A stretch of DNA of 64,000 bases from an uncultured Chlamydiales bacterium (GTDB taxonomy: Bacteria; Chlamydiota; Chlamydiia; Chlamydiales; JAAKFR01): assembly GCA_963699155.1 (NCBI GenBank), contig OY969414.1, forward strand, positions 1,996,771 to 2,060,770. Direction: 5' to 3'. A program made the position numbers and the translations under genes. Numbering within the stretch: the stretch's first letter is position 1; each line of letters opens with the position of its first letter. Below are positions 51,908 to 62,347 of the stretch, in pieces. The notes beneath the pieces are model-generated. The model made no database searches. It saw nothing but the letters and a program-made list of their open reading frames with translations, and was not told the origin of the DNA.

Positions 51908-52689
51908 AGTGTTGAAACCGAAACTTGGTTAATGATTTGACTAAACGCTTTTGGAGAAAGGGAAGCACCGCCGACGAGAAGGCCATCCACATCTGGTTGG
52001 ATCAACAAATCTCTGGCATTTTCTGGCTTCACCGAGCCTCCATAAAGGATCGATAAGAGATCAGCAGCATGATCTCCCCAATGTTTTCTGATGAGCGAGC
52101 GGCAGAGCTGGTGGGCAGCTTGGGCATCTTCGGGAGTGGCCACTTTGCCAGTTCCAATGGCCCAGATTGGTTCATAAGCGAGGATCAATTTTGAGAAGGA
52201 TTCCGCTGCGATTTCATGAAGGGAGCTCGTGAGTTGTTCTTCTAACCTCTCTTCGAGTTTGCCAGATTCCCGCTCCTCTAAAGTTTCACCGATGCAGAGA
52301 AGTGGCTGCAGCTCTTCTGCGAGAGCCCTCTTCACTTTTTTGTTGATAAAGTGATCGCTCTCATGGAAGAGTTGGCGCCGCTCCGAATGGCCCAGAATGA
52401 CAAATTGAGCTCCAGCATCGACCACCATCTTGGCAGCGATCTCCCCTGTGAAGGCGCCCTCGCTAGCATCGTTCATATTTTGTGCCCCCACTTTGATCGC
52501 AGTTTTGAGGGCTTTGGCCCGTTCTACTGTAGGATGGATCGCCGTAAAGGGAACCGCAAGATAAACGGCCGCTTGACTCTTCTGGATCAAGGGTGATAAA
52601 GTCTCTACATAGCTGACCGCCTCTTCGATGGTTTTATACATCTTCCAATTGCCGGCGATGGTGAGCGGTCGGGCTTTTTTTTGAGACAT
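51904..52689 (-). CDS. tpiA: Triosephosphate isomerase
   Basis: IAGNWKMY, LGHSERR, AYEPIWAIGTG, ILYGGSV. The ATG at 52689 is preceded by AGAGGAG. The track start at 52743 is less likely. Confidence 0.95.
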   Translation of the reverse strand: MSQKKARPLTIAGNWKMYKTIEEAVSYVETLSPLIQKSQAAVYLAVPFTAIHPTVERAKALKTAIKVGAQNMNDASEGAFTGEIAAKMVVDAGAQFVILGHSERRQLFHESDHFINKKVKRALAEELQPLLCIGETLEERESGKLEERLEEQLTSSLHEIAAESFSKLILAYEPIWAIGTGKVATPEDAQAAHQLCRSLIRKHWGDHAADLLSILYGGSVKPENARDLLIQPDVDGLLVGGASLSPKAFSQIINQVSVSTL

Positions 52690-52727
52690 GGATCTCCTCT
52701 GAGAAATAAACACTATATTACCGAACG

Positions 52728-54074
52728 ATGAGCGAGCCGTCAACTCTAATCACTGTCAGTGAACTGACTTACGCGATCAAAAATCAGCTGGAATCGCGCT
52801 TTGCTCATTTGACCATTCAAGGAGAAATTAGCAATGCAAAGCTCCATTCGAGCGGCCATTTCTATTTTGATCTCAAGGATGCCGAGTCGAAGATTGGAGC
52901 AGTCATGTTCCGCCCACAGTGCCAGCTGTTAAAAAAAATTCCGAAAGAGGGGGATCAGGTCATCGTCAAAGGGAGCCTCTCCGTCTATCCTCCGCACGGC
53001 AAATATCAGCTCATGGTCCGTTCACTCGAATTTGTGGGACTCGGAGCACTGTTGCTGCAGCTGGAGGCGCTCAAAAAAAAGCTACATCAACTGGGCTGGT
53101 TTGATAAGGAGCGCAAAAAAGCGCTTCCCCCCTTCCCCAAAACGATCGGTGTGGTCACCAGCCCTACAGGGGCTGTCATCCGCGACATCATCACTGTCCT
53201 TACTCGGCGCTCGCCCGGTTTCCATCTGATTTTATACCCTGTGAGAGTTCAAGGGCCAGAAGCTGCGGGAGAAATTGCCCGCGCGATTGCCGATTTTAAT
53301 CGCCACGCTCTTGCCGATGTGTTGATCGTCGGGCGTGGAGGGGGCAGCCTCGAAGATCTTTGGCCCTTCAATGAAGAGAGTGTCGCCAAAGCAATTTTTG
53401 AGAGCCGCATCCCCATTATTTCGGCTGTCGGTCATGAAACCGATGTCACCATCGCCGACTTTGTCGCCGATGTTAGGGCGCCCACCCCTTCTGCTGCTGC
53501 AGAGATTGTCTCAGCAGAGACGGCCCACTTTCTCGCCTTTCTCGAAAGGGCCAAAAAAACTATAGCAACCACCCTCTCTCACCAGTTGAAACAGCTCCGC
53601 TCCCAATTGAGCGGTTTTAAACGCCATCCCCTCCTTGCCACTCCCTATGCATTGCTCGCCTCCCCCTTACAAAAATTGGATGAGATCAAAGGTAAAGTGG
53701 ACGAGAGAATGCGCAGCCAATTGAGCCGACGTCGTTACCTCTTAGCGGGACGTCACAAACAGCAACAGGCGCTTAAACCCACCGCACAGCTCGCTTTATG
53801 CCGCAGTCGACTCCACCACTTTGATCAAAGAATTGAAGAAAAAATTCTTTATACGGTAAAGATGAAGCAGCAGAAACTGAAGGAAGTGGTTCAGCAGTTC
53901 CAGGCTCTCGACCCAAAAAATGTTTTAAAAAGGGGCTACTCCATCCTCTTTGCTGAAAATGAGGGTTCCGTTATAGTATCGGCACGAAAGTTGGCACCCC
54001 ATCAAAAACTGCGCGCCCTACTTTCTGATGGAGAAGCGCATCTTGAGGTAACAGATGTTAGAAGCAGACTTTAA
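52728..54074 (+). CDS. xseA: Exodeoxyribonuclease VII large subunit
   Basis: N-terminal OB-fold pattern ([13 protein letters not shown]...IQGEISN...[10 protein letters not shown]), GVVTSPTGA and RGGGSLEDL motifs. Confidence 0.93.
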   Translation: MSEPSTLITVSELTYAIKNQLESRFAHLTIQGEISNAKLHSSGHFYFDLKDAESKIGAVMFRPQCQLLKKIPKEGDQVIVKGSLSVYPPHGKYQLMVRSLEFVGLGALLLQLEALKKKLHQLGWFDKERKKALPPFPKTIGVVTSPTGAVIRDIITVLTRRSPGFHLILYPVRVQGPEAAGEIARAIADFNRHALADVLIVGRGGGSLEDLWPFNEESVAKAIFESRIPIISAVGHETDVTIADFVADVRAPTPSAAAEIVSAETAHFLAFLERAKKTIATTLSHQLKQLRSQLSGFKRHPLLATPYALLASPLQKLDEIKGKVDERMRSQLSRRRYLLAGRHKQQQALKPTAQLALCRSRLHHFDQRIEEKILYTVKMKQQKLKEVVQQFQALDPKNVLKRGYSILFAENEGSVIVSARKLAPHQKLRALLSDGEAHLEVTDVRSRL

Positions 54075-54315
54075 TTTTGAACGATCGTTCGCCCGACTTG
54101 AAGAAATTTTAGAAAAGATGAATTCTGGCAATGTATCTTTAGATGAATCGCTCAAATTGTACGAAGAGGCTGACCGTCTCATTGCAGGATGTGCTCAAAA
54201 ACTCAATAAAGCTGAAGCAAAAATCGAAATGCTGATCAAAAGACGCGACGGCGAGCTCCAACTGGATGGTGAAGGAATACCTTCTGTCGAACGCTTCGAA
54301 GAGGCATTGCAGTGA
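54055..54315 (+). CDS. xseB: Exodeoxyribonuclease VII small subunit
   Basis: [32 protein letters not shown] is typical of XseB. Confidence 0.9.
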   Translation: MLEADFNFERSFARLEEILEKMNSGNVSLDESLKLYEEADRLIAGCAQKLNKAEAKIEMLIKRRDGELQLDGEGIPSVERFEEALQ

Positions 54316-56207
54316 CCTTACTTAAAGGGATCCACTCTCCTAAGGATCTCAAAACATGTTCTCTATCTGAGCTGGAACAGATTGCGCAAGAGGTGCGCCA
54401 GCGCATTATCGATGTGCTTTCTGTAACAGGTGGCCATCTCGCCTCCAATTTAGGAAGCGTTGAACTCTCCTTAGCTTTGCACCATGTTTTTCACAGCCCG
54501 CACGATCGCTTTATATTCGATGTGAGCCACCAGACCTATACCCACAAGCTGGTGACAGGAAGAAACAATAGCCACTTCGATCGGATTCGCTGCTACAAGG
54601 GCTTAAGTGGCTTTGCCCATCCCAAAGAATCGGAACATGACCTCTTCTTTGCAGGCCATGCCGGAACGGCGCTTTCCCTTGGCCTGGGAATGGCCAGAGC
54701 ACGTGACATCGAAGCGGGCAATGAGCATGTGATTCCTATCATTGGCGACGCCACGCTCACCTGCGGCCTCTCCCTTGAGGCTTTAAATAATATCCCCAAA
54801 GATCTCTCCCGTTTCATTCTCATTTTGAATGACAACGAGATGTCCATTTCACACAATGTGGGAAGCATCAAACATATCCTGAGCCGCCTTCTCAGCAATC
54901 CGACGACGAGCAAATTGGCCCATGAAATGAAGAGTTTCGTTTCAAGAATCCCAGTCTATGGCTCTTCCTTAGTCAAGCAGGGGCACAAAATTGCTGAATC
55001 GGTGAAAAATCTGGTCAGCTCGGCTCCCTTTTTTGAACAGTTCAACCTCTCCTACATCGGCCCCATCGATGGGCATGACTTAAGAAAAATGGTGGAAGCC
55101 TTTACCGCGATCAAAGATCTGCCGATGCCCGTGATCGTTCACCTCTTCACAACCAAAGGGCAGGGATTGGAGAAGGCAGAACGTGACCCGATCACCTATC
55201 ATGGCGTCAAACCCTTCGACCCCAAAACATGCGAATTTCTCCCCTCTCCTTCCAAAAAGCCAACCTTCCCGAAACTGTTTGGCAACTATATGGTCCAGTT
55301 GGGGCAATCTAATCCCAAGCTCTGCGTCATCACTCCAGCCATGAGCCTCGGCTCCTGTCTCGATCCCTTCAGAGAGCGTTTTCCCACTCGCTTCTTCGAC
55401 GTCGGGATCGCTGAAGGACATGCGGTCACCTTTGCAGGGGGGATGGGCAAGTCAGGGAAGCTCGATGTTGTCTGTTCGATCTACTCCACCTTCTTCCAAA
55501 GAGCACTCGACAACCTCTTTCAAGATGTCTGCCTCCAAGAAATTCCCATCATCTTTGCCGTCGACCGCGCCGGCCTTGCCACAAGCGACGGAGCGACCCA
55601 CCACGGTATCTATGAGATGAGCTTTTTAAAAGCGATGCCCAATATGGTCATCTGCCAACCGCGCAATGGTCAACTGCTCAAGGAGCTGCTCTTTTCCAGT
55701 TTTGAGTGGAAAAGACCGACAGCGATCCGCTATCCCAACATCACTACAGATGACTCTACCGAGCCGGTCCAAAAGAGAGAGCTCGGAAAAGGGGAGATTT
55801 TGGCGGAAGGCAGTGACCTTCTGATCATCGCGCTTGGCCATCAGTATCTCGATGCGCTGAAACTGCGTGAGCTTCTCCACGAAAAAGGAATCTCTGCGAT
55901 GGTGGTCGACCCGATCTTCGTCAAACCACTCGACAGCGATCTCTTAGGTAAACTCCTTTTGACACACACACGCATCGTCACACTTGAAGAGCACTCCCTG
56001 AAAGGGGGACTCGGAAGCGAAATCAACGACTTCCTTCTTTCGCACGACTTTGGCCATGTCCAATCTCTCAACTTTGGGATTCCTGAAGCCTTTATCGAGC
56101 AAGGAAGCTATGGGGAGCTTCTGAACGAGCTCGGCTTAACAGCAGAAAAAATGCTCTTGCGGATATTAGCTCACTTTTCGTTCAATACAAAAAAAGTTCT
56201 ACAGTAA
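54312..56207 (+). CDS. dxs: 1-deoxy-D-xylulose-5-phosphate synthase
   Basis: [44 protein letters not shown] start overlapping the xseB stop. Confidence 0.95.
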   Translation: MTLLKGIHSPKDLKTCSLSELEQIAQEVRQRIIDVLSVTGGHLASNLGSVELSLALHHVFHSPHDRFIFDVSHQTYTHKLVTGRNNSHFDRIRCYKGLSGFAHPKESEHDLFFAGHAGTALSLGLGMARARDIEAGNEHVIPIIGDATLTCGLSLEALNNIPKDLSRFILILNDNEMSISHNVGSIKHILSRLLSNPTTSKLAHEMKSFVSRIPVYGSSLVKQGHKIAESVKNLVSSAPFFEQFNLSYIGPIDGHDLRKMVEAFTAIKDLPMPVIVHLFTTKGQGLEKAERDPITYHGVKPFDPKTCEFLPSPSKKPTFPKLFGNYMVQLGQSNPKLCVITPAMSLGSCLDPFRERFPTRFFDVGIAEGHAVTFAGGMGKSGKLDVVCSIYSTFFQRALDNLFQDVCLQEIPIIFAVDRAGLATSDGATHHGIYEMSFLKAMPNMVICQPRNGQLLKELLFSSFEWKRPTAIRYPNITTDDSTEPVQKRELGKGEILAEGSDLLIIALGHQYLDALKLRELLHEKGISAMVVDPIFVKPLDSDLLGKLLLTHTRIVTLEEHSLKGGLGSEINDFLLSHDFGHVQSLNFGIPEAFIEQGSYGELLNELGLTAEKMLLRILAHFSFNTKKVLQ

Positions 56208-56212
56208 GTTCC

Positions 56213-57094
56213 ATGCTCATCGCTCTTTTCGCCAATATGAAGAAGCGGGAGTCAGCTGCAATCGCTAAACAGATTGCTGACTTTCTCCGCGAAAAAAAAG
56301 TCGATCTGGTCGCACGCGATGAAGAGGCTGGGGAACTCGATGTTCCTCCCTTGAGCTCTGTCTCCCCCACATCGATCGACTGCCTCATTTCCTTAGGAGG
56401 TGATGGCACGATTCTCCGTCTCGTCCACCACTTTCCCCATCTCCAAGTCCCCATTTTGGGCATCAATTTGGGCCACTTAGGTTTTATGGCTGATATCCCC
56501 CTACCCGACCTCTATCCCAGCCTCGAAGATCTGGTGGAGGGGCGCTACCACACCGAGGAGCGGATCATGATGGAGGGTGTGACAGCTTCTGGTGAAAAGT
56601 GCTTCGCTGTAAATGAGATCGTCGTTCATAGATCCCGTAATCCCAGCCTCATCGACCTCAGTATCTCTGTCGATGGCAACTACCTCAATACCTTTTCGGC
56701 AGACGGAATCATTGTGGCCACCCCTTCAGGATCGACCGCCTACTCTCTCGCAGCAGGGGGACCTATTTTATCACCTAACCTCGATGCCTTTGTCATCACT
56801 CCGATCAGCCCACACACCATCTCCAATCGCCCCATCGTTTTGATGCCCAAGCAATCGATTCAAATCCAATATTTAGGTCCACATGAGCCCGTCGAAATCA
56901 TCTACGATGGTTTTGGCCATTTTCCGATGCGCAACCAAGAAATCTTCACCCTCTACAAGTCGGAAAAAACATTTAAAATGGTCAGTTTGGAGCGCACCGA
57001 TTACTTTTCCACGTTGAGAAGCAAACTGGGATGGTCGGGACAGCTCCGTTTTAGTCAACTCAGTCATAGGATGGATGAGAAGGAATATGTTTAA
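56213..57094 (+). CDS. nadK: NAD+ kinase
   Basis: GGDGTIL and ATPSGSTAYSLAAGGPI motifs. Confidence 0.93.
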   Translation: MLIALFANMKKRESAAIAKQIADFLREKKVDLVARDEEAGELDVPPLSSVSPTSIDCLISLGGDGTILRLVHHFPHLQVPILGINLGHLGFMADIPLPDLYPSLEDLVEGRYHTEERIMMEGVTASGEKCFAVNEIVVHRSRNPSLIDLSISVDGNYLNTFSADGIIVATPSGSTAYSLAAGGPILSPNLDAFVITPISPHTISNRPIVLMPKQSIQIQYLGPHEPVEIIYDGFGHFPMRNQEIFTLYKSEKTFKMVSLERTDYFSTLRSKLGWSGQLRFSQLSHRMDEKEYV

Positions 57095-57821
57095 AAAAGC
57101 ACAAATCGCACTCTTTATTTTGCTCTGCCTCAGCACAACGGCCTTTGCAGAAATCAAAGCCGTCATTTTTGACTTCGGCGGTGTCATTGCCAACGTCGAT
57201 CGCTCTCAACTCACCAATTTCTTGAAGGACTCCTTCCCTATCTCAGAGGAAGAGGCAAATAAGCTCCTCCAGGCATGGCATACCGATATCAATGAGGGTA
57301 AGGATGAAAAGCAGTTTTGGAATCACTATGCAGTGTCAGTAAACAGCTCTCTTTCTCCAGACTGGCTCTCTCGGTTTGAAAAAGTCCAAGAAAATGCTCT
57401 CCGCCCCTTTCCCGAGATGCTCGCAGCGATTCAGCAACTCAAACGCCATGGCTACCGTGTCGGCCTTCTCTCCAATGTCACGCCCCAACACGCAGCAATC
57501 ATTCGCAAACTGGGCTACTATAACCTCTTCGATCCTCTGCTTCTCTCTTGCGACATCGGAGTGAGAAAGCCCGATCCCAAAGCCTTTGAAATCATGCTCA
57601 AAGCGCTCTCTCCCCTGCAACCCCAAGAGGTTCTCTTTGTCGATGATCAGAAAGTCAATACCGACGCCGCTGAAAAATTAGGGATCCAAGTTATCCATCT
57701 GTTACGCCCCCAAAACATCTTTTGCTATCTCCAAGAGAAGGGCATTAATTTGGCTGTGTTGAAAAATTTAAGCCGCTCGAATTTAGCCAGATTTGGCCTC
57801 CAGTTTTTGAAACATGAGTGA
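57075..57821 (+). CDS. HAD-superfamily hydrolase with an N-terminal signal peptide
   Basis: AVIFDFGGVIA (motif I variant), LLSN (motif II), FVDDQKVN (motif IV). The last ~23 codons lie in the left arm of a palindromic element. Confidence 0.75.
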   Translation: MRRNMFKKAQIALFILLCLSTTAFAEIKAVIFDFGGVIANVDRSQLTNFLKDSFPISEEEANKLLQAWHTDINEGKDEKQFWNHYAVSVNSSLSPDWLSRFEKVQENALRPFPEMLAAIQQLKRHGYRVGLLSNVTPQHAAIIRKLGYYNLFDPLLLSCDIGVRKPDPKAFEIMLKALSPLQPQEVLFVDDQKVNTDAAEKLGIQVIHLLRPQNIFCYLQEKGINLAVLKNLSRSNLARFGLQFLKHE

Positions 57822-57917
57822 AGAAGATAGCCCCAGCGCTATCTTCGAGCGAGTGGTTCGAAAAATGGAGGATCAAAGATGGCTAAAGTTGAGCAGCTTA
57901 AATTTTTCAACACAGCC
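57752..57917. repeat. 166-bp near-full-length palindromic element spanning the HAD gene 3' end
   Basis: Perfect 22-bp arms ggctgtgttgaaaaatttaagc (57752-57773) and rc (57896-57917). Imperfect complementarity continues inward to a central hairpin gaagatagc...gctatcttc. Confidence 0.85.
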
Positions 57918-57923
57918 ATTCAT

Positions 57924-58505
57924 TTATACCTTAACCCAGCCAATCGTTAATGGACCAGATTGATCCAGGAAGGTCATCGCTAAAAAAATGGTCGAGGGAT
58001 CCTTTAGGAAGCAGTCCAAAATGGCCCAGCTTTCTTCCGCAACCGGAGGAGGGAGGGTTTGTTGAAGAAGCTCTTGGACCAGTTCTGGTTTAACTAAAGG
58101 AATGCAAGGGAACTGTTCTATCGCACCGAGCTTTTGCCGATACTCTCTTTCTAAGTAGGGGGCATAAAATCCCACCCGCTCCGCTAATAGACTACGATTC
58201 TGCACAAATAGGGTATGACATTTTGTGGTATCCTTAGGGATAAAGCAGAGAGAGACGACACCCCTTGCGAGAGCCAATTTCAAAATAGCACGACTTTTCC
58301 AGTGAGAGGGGCTGCCATCCCCATCAGGGTAGTTTTCTTGTAAGCGGCTATCCTCTTTTCGGACAGTTTCGATATCTAACTGAATCTCATCAGGATAGAG
58401 ATTTATTTCCGGCAGTCTATTGAATAGGTATTCGTTGCTGCAACACGGGGGTCCTGGTAGGAAGGGTTGAATGGTTCCTTCAATCAATGTAAGTAAAGCT
58501 GTCAT
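57924..58505 (-). CDS. Hypothetical protein (193 aa)
   Basis: The ORF has plausible coding composition but no motif I can recognise. It is divergent from the kinase-like ORF across an AT-rich region. Confidence 0.45.
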   Translation of the reverse strand: MTALLTLIEGTIQPFLPGPPCCSNEYLFNRLPEINLYPDEIQLDIETVRKEDSRLQENYPDGDGSPSHWKSRAILKLALARGVVSLCFIPKDTTKCHTLFVQNRSLLAERVGFYAPYLEREYRQKLGAIEQFPCIPLVKPELVQELLQQTLPPPVAEESWAILDCFLKDPSTIFLAMTFLDQSGPLTIGWVKV

Positions 58506-58683
58506 AAAAAAAAGAAGCTATACCAATTTCAAATTTTAGCCAAATCTTTTTCCTTTCTTTGTAAAGTTTAAATTAAATTATACCGATAATAAATTTATTA
58601 ATACTACTTAGCAACTATTTTAGTTCCAAATAATTAAGTAAAATCATATACTTTTGTGCAAATAATAATTTTAAAGGTTAATT

Positions 58684-59838
58684 ATGGCACATTTTGACTC
58701 CCTCTCATCCCCTTCTTCCTCTTACAGAACGAACCCCGATCGGGGAACCATTTCCCAAAGTCGAACTCTCGGTTCTCCCGAAGGAAAAGCACTCAAAAAT
58801 CTCAGTGAAAGGGTGACAGAACAGGCAGAATCTGTAGTCGCAGGGAGAAAAAGACGCCTTTTTGACGACGATGAACAGCCTGTTGAATCCCACAAACGCT
58901 TGAGGCCAATAGAAGAGATGGGTGCAAATAAAGAACTCTCCACCTCGACCCTTCCTGTTTTTAAAATTCCTTCGAGACCATCTCCAGAACGAACTCTCTT
59001 GCCCGTGCCCACACCAGCGTCAGCTTTGATGCCCATGACCACCTTTGAAGAGCTATCTCTCCCTCTGATGACTGCAGCTTCGTTCGCGACTCCAAGTCCT
59101 CCTCCAACGCCCCAAAGAAAGACCCCTCAGAGAAGAGAGAATGGCTTTCAACAGTTGGAGAAACAAATTCAGAGGGGATTTGCCCTCGTTGGCTCTAGTA
59201 AACTGACACTTGATGGCCCTCCTAGAAAGGGTTCCTACTTCGATGTCTATCGATTCTCCTCTGAGAGAGAGATCGACCAAGATCTTCCCAATGAACGCCT
59301 TCTTGTTAAATTTTTTAACTCTGCTCGCACTGGAAAGGATTCAGAGACGAGCATGAATGGCTTTTTAACCTCCATCCTCTCCAATTACAATGAAGCGAAA
59401 CGACTGGGATTGCCTGTGGCAAAAATTTGCAATGAGGCTACGGCAAAGCAAGACCGATCTCTCATACAAGTAGAAGTGCAAGAGAAAGTGAATCTAGATA
59501 ATCCATTGCATCTCAGCCAACTTAAAAACTTTTTCCTCACCTCACTTAGAGAAAAGGTCGCCTTTGATTTGCTTCCTGCCAACCTTGGTGTTGACAGTGA
59601 TCAAGTCACCCTATTCGATTTTGTGGAAGAAAGCGATCAGGAATTAGGTGAAAATGCTCATCTGATTTTTATCAACGAAGCCCTTAAAGGTTGGACAAGA
59701 CATCATTGGGAAACTCATGGCCATGATTTCGAAGCCACAGAGGCCTTCCTGACTGCACTCACCGCTGGTTTTGAGAAGTTCGGATATAATCTGGAAAACA
59801 ACCAATGGATTCTCGCTCAAGAAACGGCTACAAGGTAA
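58684..59838 (+). CDS. Hypothetical protein: Pro/Ser-rich disordered N-terminus plus a protein-kinase-like domain
   Basis: RKGSYFDVYRF (Gly-loop-like, 59221-59256), ERLLVKFFN (VAIK-like Lys), AFDLLPANLGV...VTLFDFVEE (catalytic-loop and DFG-like, 59560-59633). Confidence 0.5.
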   Translation: MAHFDSLSSPSSSYRTNPDRGTISQSRTLGSPEGKALKNLSERVTEQAESVVAGRKRRLFDDDEQPVESHKRLRPIEEMGANKELSTSTLPVFKIPSRPSPERTLLPVPTPASALMPMTTFEELSLPLMTAASFATPSPPPTPQRKTPQRRENGFQQLEKQIQRGFALVGSSKLTLDGPPRKGSYFDVYRFSSEREIDQDLPNERLLVKFFNSARTGKDSETSMNGFLTSILSNYNEAKRLGLPVAKICNEATAKQDRSLIQVEVQEKVNLDNPLHLSQLKNFFLTSLREKVAFDLLPANLGVDSDQVTLFDFVEESDQELGENAHLIFINEALKGWTRHHWETHGHDFEATEAFLTALTAGFEKFGYNLENNQWILAQETATR

Positions 59839-62320
59839 ACTTTTCGCAGCAGATCTTGAAGCCAATCTGGTAGATGTCGCTTTGAGGCAAATGGCAGACA
59901 AGTTTTAGCTCCTTCTCAGAGAAGAAGGTGTTGAAATTGATCTGCTGAGCTGCCTCACAGCTTATCGTGGGCCCTGTTTGCTCTTGCTCAAAGAAAATCA
60001 ATTCATCAATCATCGATTTTCCCCTGTCATAGACTGAGATGCGGAGGCTATGGAATCGCAGTAAGGTGTTTTGCAGCGGAATTTTTAATAAGAGCTTGCG
60101 GATAGCCTTTCGTTTCGAGAAATAGTGGCTCATAGCATAGAAGCGGCGATTGGAGTTGCTTCTCAGCAAAATCGTCTCATGGGGTTTGTCTGAGAAGGCT
60201 TTTCCTGTATCGAGATGGACCTTCAGGGGAAAACTATCCTCCGACAAAAAACAGCGTGCAGGTAGCTGCCCCAACCAGACAGCTTGAGTGGCTAAGCTGA
60301 GGTATTCACTCTGTTTTGCAGTATAGGCTGTTGGCCAATTGAGAGAGACCTCTTTGAGAGCTGCACCAGGAACCATATCTTGAATATAGGTGTCATAGTA
60401 ATCATCTTTACCTATCACCTGCGTCGCATGACGACTGGGGCCATGCTCATGCCGCCACGCACCAAAACGAAGCGCCTCAAGACGTGTTGCATGGGTCATC
60501 GAACGGAGCAGGATTGCCCGGAGCTGCTCCTGGAGGGCTTCTGAATCTTGGTGCAGTTTGATGACTCCCCTTTTTAGATGGCTTCCCATCTCTTCAAAAA
60601 ATGCAAAAATCCCCTGCTGGACAGCTGTAGCCTCTTTTTTCTGTTTTCGTGAAATCCAGGTGGGATGGGTAATGATATTGCCCGATGGATCTATGTCAGC
60701 AAGGGGGCCAACCCCTGTTTCTGCCGTCGCGCACTGCTCGAGAACAAAAAGACCTTTTTTATAGGCATCCCCTGTATAGGGATGTCCCCCTTTAAAAAGA
60801 TAACCCTCGCGCACAACCCCCTCCAAAAGCCCTTCATGAATGGCTTCCGTGGTGCTGAGATAGAGACCATGCAAAAGGGTCGATTCTCCCAGAATTTTTT
60901 GGAGTCCACCCTGAGTTGTCCCTGCCCAACCGATATCGACCAGGGTCATTTGAGAAAGATCTCCGGTCACATTTTTGAGATACTTCAGAAAGCCTTCTCT
61001 TTTTCTGGCTGCCGATTGGACGATCTGGTGGTGCCATTTTTTTTCACCGAGCAGATCGTGGATGAGCTCCTGACGGAGTTTAGGCTCTTCTAAAATCATA
61101 TTGCGCTTCTGGGACCATTTCCCCATCTGTGCGGGATCGAGGCCAAGAGAGTGGCAGAATGTTTCCACCGTGAACTGTCCCAGAAAGGTCTTCATCAGAG
61201 CCACTAGCTCCTTGCCAATGGCCCTTTGGATTGCGGCATGGATGATAAAGGGGCGTGAAACCCAGAGCTCTTTGGCCTCGACGCGGTGCTCAGGGTAGTA
61301 GGGAGCCAAGCGGCGGATCAGCTCGGCATAGAGCTTTCCTTCACGCATCAGACAGAAGACCTGGCTCTGACCCATAGCTCGGCATCTCTCATAGATCCAG
61401 TGGACAAAGCCAAAGAGAACGGGGCCTAAAACGGTCGCCCCATACTTCCAAAAGAAGTGGTGCTCTTTGGCAATCGCCTGCAGCTGAGGAGAGAAGGCCA
61501 TTTTGGCGCGTAAGGAAGTCAGTCCAAAATCACCCTCGCGCTCATCGAGATTCACACCCCCATAGGCCCACTCCCTTTCGCCGAGCTTTTCAAAATGGGA
61601 ATCCTGTTTGGGATAGTGGAGGGTGGATAATCCTGCCGCGCGCCCTGATTCCACATCGCTTACCTTATTGTCACCGATATGGAGAATCTGATCGGGCGAG
61701 ATTTTCAAAGTTTCGATCACATAGTCGAAAAGCCCCTCTCTCTTACCGACACCATATTCACAGGAGATAAATAGATGGTCAAAGTAAGAGGTGAGATCCC
61801 CGAGTAGCGCTTCGATGTGTCCTTCCTCGAAATAGGTATCAGAAACGAGTAGAAGCGGCAGCTCTCGTTGACGGGCAAAGAAAATGAGTTCGAGAATCGC
61901 TGGGTCATAGGAGATCAACTGCTGTTCTAGGGCCACCTCCATCTTGACAAGGAGGGAGACATCACCTCCAAAAATTCCCTGAAAAGCACCTGCCAACATC
62001 TGCTCGATAGTGAGGGGGACAAAAATCGGGAGCATCTGCCAATAGATTTCTGACAATTTAGCTTCTGTCAGATTGTGGGGAAATTCTTTCGCTTCCCTCG
62101 CTCTTTTTTCTGCCTCAATGCGTAAGGATACAAATCCCTCAGCAGTCACTGCAGGGATCAGCCACCCCTCTTTTTTCAAACGGCGGCCCAATAAGAGAAA
62201 GATGTCTATGGGATGGGGGACCTTGCGCCAGAGAAGGGTATCGAAGAGGTCGAGCGAAAGAACTTTCACCTCACCGTCAAAAATTTTCTGATAGGCGGGG
62301 ATCAGGCGTGAGTCATGCAT
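59828..62320 (-). CDS. Large protein with an N-terminal HAD-like hydrolase domain (830 aa)
   Basis: VLSLDLFDTLLWR (DxDxT motif I), LVSDTYF, HIGDNKVSDV (motif IV). The remaining ~550 aa are unassigned. Confidence 0.6.
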   Translation of the reverse strand: MHDSRLIPAYQKIFDGEVKVLSLDLFDTLLWRKVPHPIDIFLLLGRRLKKEGWLIPAVTAEGFVSLRIEAEKRAREAKEFPHNLTEAKLSEIYWQMLPIFVPLTIEQMLAGAFQGIFGGDVSLLVKMEVALEQQLISYDPAILELIFFARQRELPLLLVSDTYFEEGHIEALLGDLTSYFDHLFISCEYGVGKREGLFDYVIETLKISPDQILHIGDNKVSDVESGRAAGLSTLHYPKQDSHFEKLGEREWAYGGVNLDEREGDFGLTSLRAKMAFSPQLQAIAKEHHFFWKYGATVLGPVLFGFVHWIYERCRAMGQSQVFCLMREGKLYAELIRRLAPYYPEHRVEAKELWVSRPFIIHAAIQRAIGKELVALMKTFLGQFTVETFCHSLGLDPAQMGKWSQKRNMILEEPKLRQELIHDLLGEKKWHHQIVQSAARKREGFLKYLKNVTGDLSQMTLVDIGWAGTTQGGLQKILGESTLLHGLYLSTTEAIHEGLLEGVVREGYLFKGGHPYTGDAYKKGLFVLEQCATAETGVGPLADIDPSGNIITHPTWISRKQKKEATAVQQGIFAFFEEMGSHLKRGVIKLHQDSEALQEQLRAILLRSMTHATRLEALRFGAWRHEHGPSRHATQVIGKDDYYDTYIQDMVPGAALKEVSLNWPTAYTAKQSEYLSLATQAVWLGQLPARCFLSEDSFPLKVHLDTGKAFSDKPHETILLRSNSNRRFYAMSHYFSKRKAIRKLLLKIPLQNTLLRFHSLRISVYDRGKSMIDELIFFEQEQTGPTISCEAAQQINFNTFFSEKELKLVCHLPQSDIYQIGFKICCEKFTL

Positions 62321-62347
62321 ACGATGCTCAATAGAACAGAGAGAAAA

